A stretch of 64,000 nt of DNA from an uncultured Oscillospiraceae bacterium (GCA_964447945.1 CAYUUO010000001.1:35687-99686); one strand, 5' to 3'; positions 9,416 through 18,931 are shown, numbered from the stretch's first letter. The notes: generated by a model not told the origin, from the letters alone. Numbers and translations are program-made.

Positions 9416-12400
9416 ATGAAAAAACTTTTATCTCTTGCACTGGCGTGCATCTTTGTGATGGCCATGGCGGTTATGCCCATGACCGGTGTGGCGGCGGAAA
9501 CACAGGTTATTGACTTTAACGACGGAAGTATCAGCGGCTTTACGGGCGGTACAATTGTGTCGGATCCGAAAACGGACAACCCGTGTTTATCAATTGAAGA
9601 AAGTGGGGTCGCGTCTGTTTCCCTATCCAACGCTCTTACCGTTGATTTTAAGCTGAAAGCGGCGGATAAGGAAAAAAGCGTAAGCATTGCCCTTAACGGG
9701 GCGAACGCGTTGACCGTTTCGGGCAACAAAATACAATTTACAACAGCTGCAGGAGAGCAGAACAAAAATTTTGTAGCGGGGCTGTGGTACAGCTTGCGCC
9801 TGACTGCGACGAATGACGGTGTGCAATTGTATGTCGATGGACTGGACATGGGTCTTTTGACCATAACGGCGTCCCCCTTTACGGCATTTTCCGTTGCAGG
9901 TGCGGCCTGTTTGGATGATGTGAAATCCTATGCGGAGGCGCAGGAGGGCAGCACAAACATGGAAGCGACGCTGCTGGACTTTAGCTTCGATGGGTTCTCA
10001 ACCACTACCAATACAACAACGGGTACTTCCTCCGGCAAGGAGTATCCGATCCAAAACATTACGGTTAATAGCTGTGAGGCGACCAAAAATGTTGGAAACG
10101 AAAAGCCGGTGTTTGCTAATTTTCAACGTTCTTTAGACTTTAAATCCAATGTGAGCGGCGTGTACGGAAAGGCTACGGAGGATCAGAGCGGATATTTTTA
10201 TCATACAAAGAATGAGAGTTCGGCCGGCAGCTTTGATTCCAGTGTGGATTTTAAGTTGGGAACCAATGCAGTTTTGAATAATCCCGGCGATACACAGGTC
10301 ATTTCCTTTAATCTGGCATTTCCTGAGGACGCATCCAATCGTGCCATGACGGTAAGAGGCCACGGCCTGTTCCGAAGTTCTACCAACGCAGGATACCCTT
10401 CCAGCGGTACGGTTTATGCTCATGATAAGATCGGTGTAGGCGGCGATACCAACAATCAAACGACAGGCAATAAGGGATGGATCATCCAAATAAAAGGCGA
10501 CCGTGTGTACTTTTTCGGTGATACCACTTTTTATGCCATTATACCGGCTCTGATGCCCGAACAATGGAACAACTTCCGTCTGGAAATCAGCATGGGCGAC
10601 GGCACGGTAAATGCCTTGACGTATAAGGCTTATATCAACGATATTGAAATCGTTTCCGACGGAGCTGTAGCAGCAGGTAATTATTATATTCGCAAAGTCG
10701 ATACGCAAGGTAAAAGCACATACAATCCTAGACAATATTTCTGGGGCATCCACCGGCTCTCCTTTAACTATTACTGGGGCACATCATCGGACTACAACAC
10801 AAGCGGTGGATTTTATCTTGACGATGTCAATGTAACCAATTATTATGGGGGAACTGTGCCCCAGCGGCCCGCATCGCCCCTGCTGACGGATGCAAACTTT
10901 ACAGATGCCGCCAGCACGTCTGCCAATCCGGCCTCACAGGAAGGCTGGAATCATGATAAATGGGTTACCGGCAATGTGGTTTATGTTGACAGCGCTATGA
11001 CGCTTGCCGCCTATCTGGATCAACTGGCAGCGGACAAGCGTGTGGGCGATGTTATCTTCCGGGATGCAACCGGCGCAGTGGTGTCGGATCTGAACACACC
11101 GATTGGCGACATCACCTATATGGAGCTTGTTAACAACAACTATGAGCGCCGTTGGGTCGGCCTGGTGGGTAAGGTCACCACCATATCCGATTTTGATGAA
11201 AGCGCCGGTGATTCGGTGCCAACCTCGGCCGCAGTCGGGACGTGGTATAATTCCGGCGGCAACGCAACGATAGCCGCCACAGAAGCCGGCGGCGGCTGCA
11301 GCGGCACGGCTGTGAGCTTAACATCAAACGGGACGTCGGCCCAGCCTACGCTTCGATACGCCCTGTCAGCGCGCAACACTAGTACCAGCTATATTTATAC
11401 ATCGGCAGACCGCTATCGCCCGGTGACCTTTGAATTTTCGGCCCTGATGCCGGCAGCAGAGGACGGCTATCTGCGTTTTTGCGGCCGGTATTTAAACGGC
11501 CCATCCGGTGCGGCAAACAATAATATGACCAGCCCCATTGAAAGGAACTTTATTATTTTGGAAAAGGGTGAAATTAGAGCGCAGCAGCGGTCTACCGACA
11601 AGGACAATACTACGCTGCTGGGCACCTATACACCCGGGGAATGGAATCATTTTGCGGTCACCTACTATCCGGGTATGCAAACAAACCGTGTTGACATCCG
11701 GGTTAACGGCGAATTTGTTAAGACCACCGGCAACATTACAAGGTCGTGGTCCGGCGCGCTGATGCTGGCGGGCAGCAATGTCAAGCTGCAGAGCATGGAG
11801 GAATTTGTCATTTATTATTATAATGCGGCTAGTTCCAGTCAGCCTGTTACAAGTCAGGTGCTGCTGAACAACTTAAAGGTCAGCGCCGGCTATTATCAGG
11901 CGCCGGAACAGCCCGCCCTCTCCTATGAAGGGAAGGCGCTGAGCGTTTCTGACAAAACGGTTACCATGTTCAGCAAGCCCACGGCCGCATCTTTGACCGA
12001 ACAGCTGCAAGGCAGCACAAACGGAACCGTTGCCGTTTATGCAGACAATACCTGCACAGCACCGGCAACAGGTTATGTGGCAAGCGGCAACAAAATTGTC
12101 GTGCAAAAGGGGAATCTTCTGCAATATTACAATCTGACCATGCCGGTTTTGACCATTAAACAGAGAGAAACCGTGGCAGCAGATTCTGCACAGGTTCCGG
12201 TTACAGGCACCGTGGTTGAGCCGGGACGCGAGGTCATTGTGACAGCGCCGGGCGTTGAAAAGGGTCAGCTGTTTATGGCGGTGTATGAAGACGCGAGCTG
12301 TCAAAAGCTTGTGTGGGCCAGAACGGATTACAGTGTGTCACAGGGACAGCCCCGTGTAGGGATGGCGGCCAGCGGCAGCGATCCGGGTGTTGTTTTACAA

Positions 12401-12499
12401 GAGGGTCAGGTCATTAAAATTTTCTATGTAGCACCCGACAACGTCTTACAGCCGGTGCTGCCGGTGACCACACTGACAGTTGAGTCACAAGGCGATTGA
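9416..12499 (+). CDS. Secreted large protein with several ConA/LamG-like modules; function unknown
   Basis: The RBS gaaagga sits 7 nt upstream of the ATG at 9416. The signal peptide is MKKLLSLALACIFVMAMAVMPMTGVAAE. LamG-type module ends are present (ACLDDVKSY, FYLDDVNVTNY). Confidence 0.7.
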   Translation: MKKLLSLALACIFVMAMAVMPMTGVAAETQVIDFNDGSISGFTGGTIVSDPKTDNPCLSIEESGVASVSLSNALTVDFKLKAADKEKSVSIALNGANALTVSGNKIQFTTAAGEQNKNFVAGLWYSLRLTATNDGVQLYVDGLDMGLLTITASPFTAFSVAGAACLDDVKSYAEAQEGSTNMEATLLDFSFDGFSTTTNTTTGTSSGKEYPIQNITVNSCEATKNVGNEKPVFANFQRSLDFKSNVSGVYGKATEDQSGYFYHTKNESSAGSFDSSVDFKLGTNAVLNNPGDTQVISFNLAFPEDASNRAMTVRGHGLFRSSTNAGYPSSGTVYAHDKIGVGGDTNNQTTGNKGWIIQIKGDRVYFFGDTTFYAIIPALMPEQWNNFRLEISMGDGTVNALTYKAYINDIEIVSDGAVAAGNYYIRKVDTQGKSTYNPRQYFWGIHRLSFNYYWGTSSDYNTSGGFYLDDVNVTNYYGGTVPQRPASPLLTDANFTDAASTSANPASQEGWNHDKWVTGNVVYVDSAMTLAAYLDQLAADKRVGDVIFRDATGAVVSDLNTPIGDITYMELVNNNYERRWVGLVGKVTTISDFDESAGDSVPTSAAVGTWYNSGGNATIAATEAGGGCSGTAVSLTSNGTSAQPTLRYALSARNTSTSYIYTSADRYRPVTFEFSALMPAAEDGYLRFCGRYLNGPSGAANNNMTSPIERNFIILEKGEIRAQQRSTDKDNTTLLGTYTPGEWNHFAVTYYPGMQTNRVDIRVNGEFVKTTGNITRSWSGALMLAGSNVKLQSMEEFVIYYYNAASSSQPVTSQVLLNNLKVSAGYYQAPEQPALSYEGKALSVSDKTVTMFSKPTAASLTEQLQGSTNGTVAVYADNTCTAPATGYVASGNKIVVQKGNLLQYYNLTMPVLTIKQRETVAADSAQVPVTGTVVEPGREVIVTAPGVEKGQLFMAVYEDASCQKLVWARTDYSVSQGQPRVGMAASGSDPGVVLQEGQVIKIFYVAPDNVLQPVLPVTTLTVESQGD

Positions 12500-12505
12500 G
12501 ATAAC

Positions 12506-12534
12506 TTGAATTGTGCGGAGCATTATGCTACAAT
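12506..12534 (+). promoter_or_regulatory. Sigma-70-type promoter (TTGAAT-17-TACAAT, with TGc extended -10)
   Basis: The -35 hexamer is at 12506-12511, the spacer is 17 nt, and the -10 hexamer is at 12529-12534. It starts 7 nt after the stop of the upstream gene and about 250 nt before the regulator coding region. Confidence 0.55.
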
Positions 12535-12694
12535 ATTCTTGTCGGAACGGCTGAACAATTTCGTGAGTTGTCCGCTTTTCTGACAGGATTGATTTGCTCC
12601 GGCCGTTGTTTTCGGCTCTCCTGCAAAGTCCAGCTTTGGGGGAGAGCCAAAATGCGGCGAGCGGGCCCGTCAACGCTTTTGATGCCACGGCGGG

Positions 12695-15111
12695 ATGGTC
12701 ACGAGATCATCATATAAAAAATCAATCAAGCAATTTGGCCTGCGGGGCCTTTTTGAGGGCTTCCGAAGGCAGCAAGGATGTGTTTTTTTGTTTTTTAGAA
12801 ATATATTTAACCGAAAAAGCGTTGCCTTATCTTGGTTTATTTCTTATATGATTATCTTAGCAGCGGCTATTCTAATGAATCTGTATAGCTATCAAGCCAG
12901 CTATAAGAGTTTGACAAAACAGCTGGAGCGAGTGAATACAGAGCTTTTGGATAACCGCCGGCAACAGCTGGACAGCATGCAAAACAGCTTTAATGCGCTG
13001 GTGGTGGAGCTTTCTAAGGATCAGACCGTTTTAGATACAATGAATAAATCCGTTGTCGATGGCAGCTATTTGTATGACATGCTGCATATCAAGCAACGGA
13101 TTGATACATGGGCGAATTTGGAAAAAAGCATCCAAGATCTGTATATCTATTTTCATAAAACAAACTATATTGTGTCCTCCAACTCGGCTCAGCCTGCAGA
13201 TCGGTTTTATAAGCAGCACTATCAAAACAAAAAATCAGCTATGACGATTATCAGAAGCTTTTGCAGGAAAAAAGCGTGGGGCGCTATATCCAGATGCCGG
13301 ATCGGGAACAGAATGTGCTGGAAAGCGATGTGCTTTACACGGTTTCCGTTTTCAGCGCGGATTTGTTTCTGCCATATGCCACCATTGTGATTGAAATTGC
13401 CAACGACTCGTTGGTATCGGCGGCACCGGAGCAACAGACAGGTCGGTATTTTTGCATTTTAAATAAGGATCAAACGCCGTTTCTGGTTGAGGAGGCAAAC
13501 AGCCCCCTGGTGCAGACGGCCTTGCAGGCTATGCAGGAAAACGCAGGCTCTGCCAAGCTGATGACCAAGGAAGCGGCGGTTTTTAGCTGCCCCTCGGAGC
13601 AGAATCAGTGGCAATATGTTTATATTGTGGATAAAAAGGAGTTTTTTAAGGAGCTCAGACTGGTGGTTTACGTCTTTGCCGCCACCATTGCGGTTTGTCT
13701 GGTGCTGGGAATTTGCTTTGCTTATTATATGACAATCAAGAACCACAGGCCGATTTTGCGGCTGATGGCGCAGCTGGACAAGACAAACACAACAGATAGC
13801 AGGCCGCATGAAAATGAGCTTCAGTATATTGATAAACGGATGACGCAGCTGTTAGAAGACAGCGAAGAGCAGAACCGGAAGCTGGTGATTCACAACCTGG
13901 TGCTGCGGGACGCGGTGTTTTCCCGGTTCCTGCAAAACGAGCCGCTTTCAGACATATCCATGGAGGAGCTTTTGGAAAGTATCGGCATATCCTTTACAGA
14001 GCCCTATTTTGCTGTTGTGATGTTTTATATCGATGATGTGAAGGATTTGTTTTTTGAAGAAGCCACAGAGGAAATGCTGGCAGATAATTATCAGCTGGCC
14101 CGACTGATTATTTCCAATATTTTAAGTGATGTTCTGCCTTCTGAGCTGCATTGCGCCTTCTGCAATTTAAACGGTATGTTTTGTTGTATTATTAATACGG
14201 CGCAGAAGGAAAACGGCGGGGACAAAATTAAACAGTCGCTGCTGCAAACGCAGGATTTCACGCGGGATAATTTCGGCCTTAGCTTTATGGCGGGCGTTTC
14301 CCGGTTCTATGAGGGCTACGAGGGCTTGTCCGGCTGCTACAAGGAAGCGCTGGAGTGTATGGAATATAAGCTGTTGGTCGATAACGGGGTTGTGGAATAC
14401 AGCAACATCAGCGAATCGCAGACCAATCTTTATTATTTCCCCATCGAGAAGAAAATTCAGCTGATTAACACGTTAAAGGCCGGCGATTATGAGAAGAGTC
14501 AGCAGCTTTTGCAGCATATTTTTGAGGTGAACCTGCATCAGGCCAGACCGCAGATTCAAACGGCCAAATGTCTTGTGTATGATGTTATGGGTTGTGTTAT
14601 GAAGGTGCTGAATGATCTCGGTGACTTAGACAGCAACAACGTTTTTGAGCAGTTTAAGGTTTTTGAGAGGATTGACAGATGTAAAACGGTTCTTTCCATT
14701 CAGGAAGAGCTGACGGATATTTTTAAGCAAATTTGTGAGAGCAGCATGAATGAAAGCGTTGAAAAGACGCACCGGCTGATTGAGGGGATTAAAACCTTTG
14801 TCGGCAGCTATTATGATGATCCGAATTTGTCCTGTGAGGTTATTTCCGATCACTTCAAAATTAATCAGAGCTATTTATCCACCATGTTCCGAAAATATAC
14901 CAATCAGGGTTTGCTGGAATATATTGTGAAAATGCGGGTTGAAAAGGCAAAGCAGCTCCTTGAGGAGCAGGAAATGACTGTGGATCAGGCGGCAAAACGT
15001 GTTGGCTATATCAATACGCGTACCTTTACGCGCGCCTTTAAAAAGTATATGGGTACAACGCCGGGTAAATATCATGAAATGGCCCTTCACCAGTCGCAAC
15101 AGAAGGCATAA
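12695..15111 (+). pseudogene. Transmembrane AraC-family one-component regulator, interrupted by a 1-nt frameshift (or a homopolymer sequencing error)
   Basis: The N-terminal part is in frame 2 (12695..13390; TM helix WFISYMIILAAAILMNLY; the likelier start is the TTG at 12788). The remainder is in frame 1, which is open from 13213. It has a second TM helix (VVYVFAATIAVCLVLGICFAYYM) and a C-terminal AraC HTH (SYLSTMFRKYTNQGLLEYIVKMRVEKAKQLL...TFTRAFKKYMGTTPGKY). The architecture matches the intact 741-aa paralog at 19378..21603. Confidence 0.75.
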
Positions 15112-15152
15112 GGGCTTCATGTTATTTATATTAATATTAAGGAGTGTTTTTT

Positions 15153-16457
15153 ATGAAAAAGAAAATGTCTTTTTCAGCGGCCGGTGACGCCTTGAGCGTC
15201 CGTCGGATTACGCAGGGACAGGAACGTTTCCGGCCTTTGGCGGAATTTATTCAGCAGGCTGACGCCCGCATGGTCAACTTAGAAGCGGTGATTTCAGATT
15301 TTACCTGCTTTCCCTCTGCTTTTTCCGGTCAGCCTTGGGTGACTGCGGAGCCGGAGGTGTTAGACGATCTTTTAAAGTATGGCTTTAACCTCATCGGCTG
15401 TGCCAATAATCATTCTATGGATTATGCCTATGAGGGTTTATATCAGACTATGGATGCCTGCAAGCGTGCCGGCGTAGCCTATGCGGGCATTGGACGGAAT
15501 TTGCATGAGGCAGAAAGCCCGGCTGTTCTGGAGCTGCCGCAGGGACGGGTGGGGATGATTTCCGTCACCTCCAGCTTTAACATGGCGATGCGTGCCGGTA
15601 CGCAGGGACCCATGCTGCCCGGACGCCCCGGCGTGAACCCGCTGCGGGTGGCCACGGAGTATACCGTGACCGAGGAACAAATGGCCGTTCTTAAGGACAT
15701 TGCGGAACAAACGGGCATGAACGGACAGCATAATAATGCCATTGAGGCCGGCTTTGTTTTGCCGGAGCCGGAGGGTGTTTTGTCCTTTTCCCTTAGCAAC
15801 TTCCGTGTCGGCGAAAAGACGGAAAAGCATACAAAATGCCATAAAGGTGACTTAGAGAGAATCACCAAAATGATTCGGGAGTCAGTCGATTATCTGGATT
15901 ATATCGTTGTGATGATCCATAGCCATCAGATTAAGCACGTTTCTTATAACGAGCCGGCTGAGTTTTTAGAGGCCTTTGGCCGGGCTTGTATTGATGCCGG
16001 TGCGGCGGCTGTTATCGGCGGCGGTACTCACCAGTTTAAACCCATTGAAATCTATAAAGGGCGGCCGATTTTTTATTCGCTGGGCGATTTTATTTTCCAA
16101 AATCATCTGGTTAAGGTGCAGCCGCCGGATTATATGGAATTTTATCAGGTGTCTTCCTATGCTTCAACTGTGGAAGCAGTCCGGGCCAACCGCTCCTACG
16201 GCACGCTGCCGCTGCAGTCGGATCGGGGTAATTATTTGTCGGTTATCCCATACTTTGAATTTGAAGAGGATCGCATGACTAAGCTGTTGCTCAAGCCCAT
16301 AGAGCTCGGCTTTGAGCTCTCTGAAACCTTAAAGGGTGTTCCCGGCGAGGCCGATGAGGAAACCGGTCGGTATATTGCAGACTTTTTAACAAAGCTCAGC
16401 GCGCCCTATGGTACCCAAATGACCTATCAGGACGGCCTGATTACGGTACAGCTGTAA
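15153..16457 (+). CDS. CapA-family (PGA_cap, metallophosphatase-fold) protein
   Basis: The RBS aaggag sits 8 nt upstream of the ATG at 15153. The motif MVNLEAVISD...GFNLIGCANNHSMDYAYEGL...AGVAYAGIG is characteristic of the CapA/PgsA family. I see no signal peptide. Confidence 0.75.
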   Translation: MKKKMSFSAAGDALSVRRITQGQERFRPLAEFIQQADARMVNLEAVISDFTCFPSAFSGQPWVTAEPEVLDDLLKYGFNLIGCANNHSMDYAYEGLYQTMDACKRAGVAYAGIGRNLHEAESPAVLELPQGRVGMISVTSSFNMAMRAGTQGPMLPGRPGVNPLRVATEYTVTEEQMAVLKDIAEQTGMNGQHNNAIEAGFVLPEPEGVLSFSLSNFRVGEKTEKHTKCHKGDLERITKMIRESVDYLDYIVVMIHSHQIKHVSYNEPAEFLEAFGRACIDAGAAAVIGGGTHQFKPIEIYKGRPIFYSLGDFIFQNHLVKVQPPDYMEFYQVSSYASTVEAVRANRSYGTLPLQSDRGNYLSVIPYFEFEEDRMTKLLLKPIELGFELSETLKGVPGEADEETGRYIADFLTKLSAPYGTQMTYQDGLITVQL

Positions 16458-16556
16458 AAATAAGCCGGGTTTTCGGGGCGGACTGCCCCGCTGACCGGAA
16501 CAGAACATTGGTTTTTGGCAGACGGAACGGATAAAATGAAAGGAAGTTTTAACAAA

Positions 16557-17495
16557 ATGAGTGAAATCTATCAGGCAGAAATTTGTGAATCGGCTGTTGC
16601 AGACAGCTATACGGGGCTGTATGCTTTGTATGATGAGCTGGTTGCAGCTCATCCTGAGTATGTTACCATGCATGTACTGGGTACGGACAGCTGGGGCAAC
16701 GAGGTCAGGGAATATGTGTTTACCACGCCCAACTACAATTCACGAAAGGATGCGCCGCGGAAGCTGGATAAGGAGATACAGAAGCCGGTGCTTCTGGTGA
16801 CCTCCGGGATTCACGGCGATGAAAAAACCTCAGTCGCCGGTGGATACATCTTTTTGAAGGCGCTTTGTGAGAATAAAGGGCCGGACAGCATGGCCACCCT
16901 GCGGGAAGCCATTTGTATCAAAATGATTCCCTGCGCTGTGCCGACAGGCTATTCCAACTGCAAACGCTTTAATCAGGACGGCGTGAATCTGAACCGCAAT
17001 TTCTATATTGGCTGGATGCCTTTGGGAGCACCGGGTGAGGCCAATTATGGTGGGCCAAGGCCGGCATCTGAATGTGAAACCAGATTGATTCAGAACTGGA
17101 TGGAAGCGAATGTGGATCATGCGTTTGCCTTTTTGGATTTACATAATACCCGCGGTTGCGAAACCGACGTCACATGGATTGCTCTTGTGGATCACGGCGT
17201 GCAGAAGCCGGAGCTGATTCAGGCCTATAACGGTTGCATTAATTCTCTGGCCCGGCACTGGCGGCAGGATTACGGCTTGCCCTACGATCGCAATTTAGGC
17301 TACGGCGGTCGGATTATTGCCATTGCCTGCGCCGCCCGATATGCCAATTATCTGGGCATTCCCTCTGCCATTTTGGAAAGTTCCTGGCAGCAGAAATTTA
17401 CAACGGATACCCAGCAGTACGGCCCGGTTACCAACGCCATCAGCGCGGAGTATTTCGGCAACCTGGTGCTGCGGCTGGCAAAGGAATATTTGTAA
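16557..17495 (+). CDS. M14-family zinc carboxypeptidase-like protein
   Basis: The RBS aaaggaag sits 10 nt upstream of the ATG at 16557. The HxxE zinc motif occurs in VLLVTSGIHGDEKTS, and a distal His candidate occurs in FAFLDLHNTRG. I see no signal peptide. Confidence 0.7.
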   Translation: MSEIYQAEICESAVADSYTGLYALYDELVAAHPEYVTMHVLGTDSWGNEVREYVFTTPNYNSRKDAPRKLDKEIQKPVLLVTSGIHGDEKTSVAGGYIFLKALCENKGPDSMATLREAICIKMIPCAVPTGYSNCKRFNQDGVNLNRNFYIGWMPLGAPGEANYGGPRPASECETRLIQNWMEANVDHAFAFLDLHNTRGCETDVTWIALVDHGVQKPELIQAYNGCINSLARHWRQDYGLPYDRNLGYGGRIIAIACAARYANYLGIPSAILESSWQQKFTTDTQQYGPVTNAISAEYFGNLVLRLAKEYL

Positions 17496-17501
17496 AACAA
17501 C

Positions 17502-17535
17502 AAAGGGGCTGTCGCATCAAGTCGGCAGCCCCTTT
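17502..17535 (+). terminator. Hairpin terminator after the M14 gene
   Basis: aaaggggctg (17502-17511) pairs with cagccccttt (17526-17535), followed by only a short T3 run. It begins 7 nt after the stop codon. Confidence 0.55.
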
Positions 17536-17786
17536 AGTGTGTCGATAAACCTTATATTATGTGTCAATATTCACATTTTCGTGACGAACCGCCGGCACCG
17601 GCCGGGTTACGGGGTTTCAAAGGGGCAGAGCCCCTTTGTCTGAGTTCCCCGAAGGGGAACGAAGAACCGCCCGGGCTCGGCGGGCGGAACGGGGCCCGGC
17701 TAAAAAAATTAACAGCATTTTGCAGTGAAAAAACTTTTTCGACAGTTTGAACGGGGCTGTCGCATCAAGTCGACAGCCCCGTTTTA
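17502..17786 (+). repeat. Copy A of a ~280-bp GC-rich, hairpin-dense noncoding element (inverted partner at 43962..44238)
   Basis: It lies in the 335-bp gap between convergent genes and is bounded by two near-identical 28-nt hairpins (17505-17532 and 17753-17780). The core has three GC hairpins (17618-17638, 17644-17660, 17667-17687). Its reverse complement matches 43962..44238 along the whole length. Confidence 0.85.
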
Positions 17787-17830
17787 TGATGGGTTGCTAC
17801 AGGGAACAAGACAGCCGTTTTAACCGGCAA

Positions 17831-18931
17831 TTATGAACAATCAGACAAAAGCTGATACTCATTACACATCAGCAAAAAGGCGCCGACACCAATGAGCATA
17901 TTCGTTTCAACGGGACGGTTTACATAGAATTTATAATCTCCCAAACAGGTACCGATACAGATGCGGGGCACAGATAAATAGGTTTCGCCGTCTGTTTCAA
18001 CCATTTGAATCAGGCCCTCAAACCCCTTGTCTGCGGCAGCCTTATAGCTGCTGTCCAGCCAGCCGAGGCGAACCGCCTTAGAAAGAGCGTAGGTATAAAG
18101 CGCAGAACAGGAGGATTCCAGCCAATTATCCGGGCGTGCTCCCTGATCGACAACCTGATACCACAGGCCGGTTTGCGGTTCCTGATATGTGGCCAGTGCC
18201 TTCAGCAGGCTGACGGCAACATCGATAAATTTCTTGCGTGACGGATGCTCTGTAGGCAGATATTCGGCAATATCCACGGCGGCCACGGCGTACCAGCCCA
18301 TGGCGCGTCCCCAGAAAACAGCGGAAAGTCCGGTTTCCGGATGGCTCCACGGTGCCGTTTTAGACTGATCCCATGCATGATATAAAAGACCGGTTTTATC
18401 ATCACGCATGTGCTCCCACATCAGCGTCATTTGTCTGCAAGCAATATCAATCAGCTCTTCGTCATGAAAGCGGAGCGCATAGCGGACAAGCATAGGGGAG
18501 GCCATATAAAAGCCGTCCAGCCACATTTGATTTGTGTGATGGAGCATATGCCAAAAACCGCCGTCCGGAGTCAGCTTCCAGTTTTTAAGATTGCGGATAA
18601 AAACATCCAGGGGCTTTTTATAGCGTTCGTCTCCGGTTGTTTCATATAAGTCAAACAACAGAACACCGGCCATCATGCCGTCCAGCTCGTAGTCGCGGTA
18701 GTTAACAACGGTGCCGTCGGGCGTTATCAGGCTGTCAACCCAATCCCTGATATATTGGGCATAAGCTTGCTTCCGGGTAGAATGGAAGGTTCGCTCAAAG
18801 CCGGATAAAAGAACCCCCTGGTGGTAGTGAAAGCGACCCCGCGGCGGAAGATCAGGCGCAGGGATTTTTTTCATAATGCTGTCGCAGCACAGCGCTGCGT
18901 AATCAACAGGTTTTTTATTGGTTATTTGCAC
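17831..18931 (-). CDS. GH105-type unsaturated uronyl hydrolase (YteR/YesR-like, Glyco_hydro_88 superfamily)
   Basis: It has a GTG start with the RBS aggagga 8 nt upstream. The motifs RFHYHQGVLLSG, NQMWLDGFYMASP and WGRAMGWYAVA match the YteR-type family. I see no signal peptide, so it is probably cytoplasmic. Confidence 0.8.
   Translation of the reverse strand: MQITNKKPVDYAALCCDSIMKKIPAPDLPPRGRFHYHQGVLLSGFERTFHSTRKQAYAQYIRDWVDSLITPDGTVVNYRDYELDGMMAGVLLFDLYETTGDERYKKPLDVFIRNLKNWKLTPDGGFWHMLHHTNQMWLDGFYMASPMLVRYALRFHDEELIDIACRQMTLMWEHMRDDKTGLLYHAWDQSKTAPWSHPETGLSAVFWGRAMGWYAVAAVDIAEYLPTEHPSRKKFIDVAVSLLKALATYQEPQTGLWYQVVDQGARPDNWLESSCSALYTYALSKAVRLGWLDSSYKAAADKGFEGLIQMVETDGETYLSVPRICIGTCLGDYKFYVNRPVETNMLIGVGAFLLMCNEYQLLSDCS

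Noticed and set aside
12511-12851. Small ORFs (12511..12717, 12594..12851 and minus-strand 12485..12688) in the leader upstream of the frameshifted regulator.
   Set aside because: They overlap one another, lack an RBS and show no recognisable motifs. The region is better explained as an untranslated leader plus the regulator's own N-terminus.
17559-17750. A 63-aa ORF inside repeat copy A, and the matching 64-aa ORF at 43990..44184 inside copy B. Both end in KTFSTV, which could suggest a small conserved protein.
   Set aside because: The two peptides stay similar only in short patches because the nucleotide alignment contains indels that switch reading frame (GFKGAEPLC vs GFQRGRAPL). There is no RBS. 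Conservation therefore lies at the DNA/RNA level, not in a protein.
17740-17786. A possible riboswitch-like terminator/antiterminator. cgacag (17740-17745) could pair with ctgtcg (17757-17762) and compete with the terminal hairpin. The same arrangement occurs in copy B.
   Set aside because: The alternative pairing is only 6 bp against a 12-bp terminator stem. I could not find a convincing promoter for the element, and no gene lies downstream in the element's orientation. It is too weak to claim.
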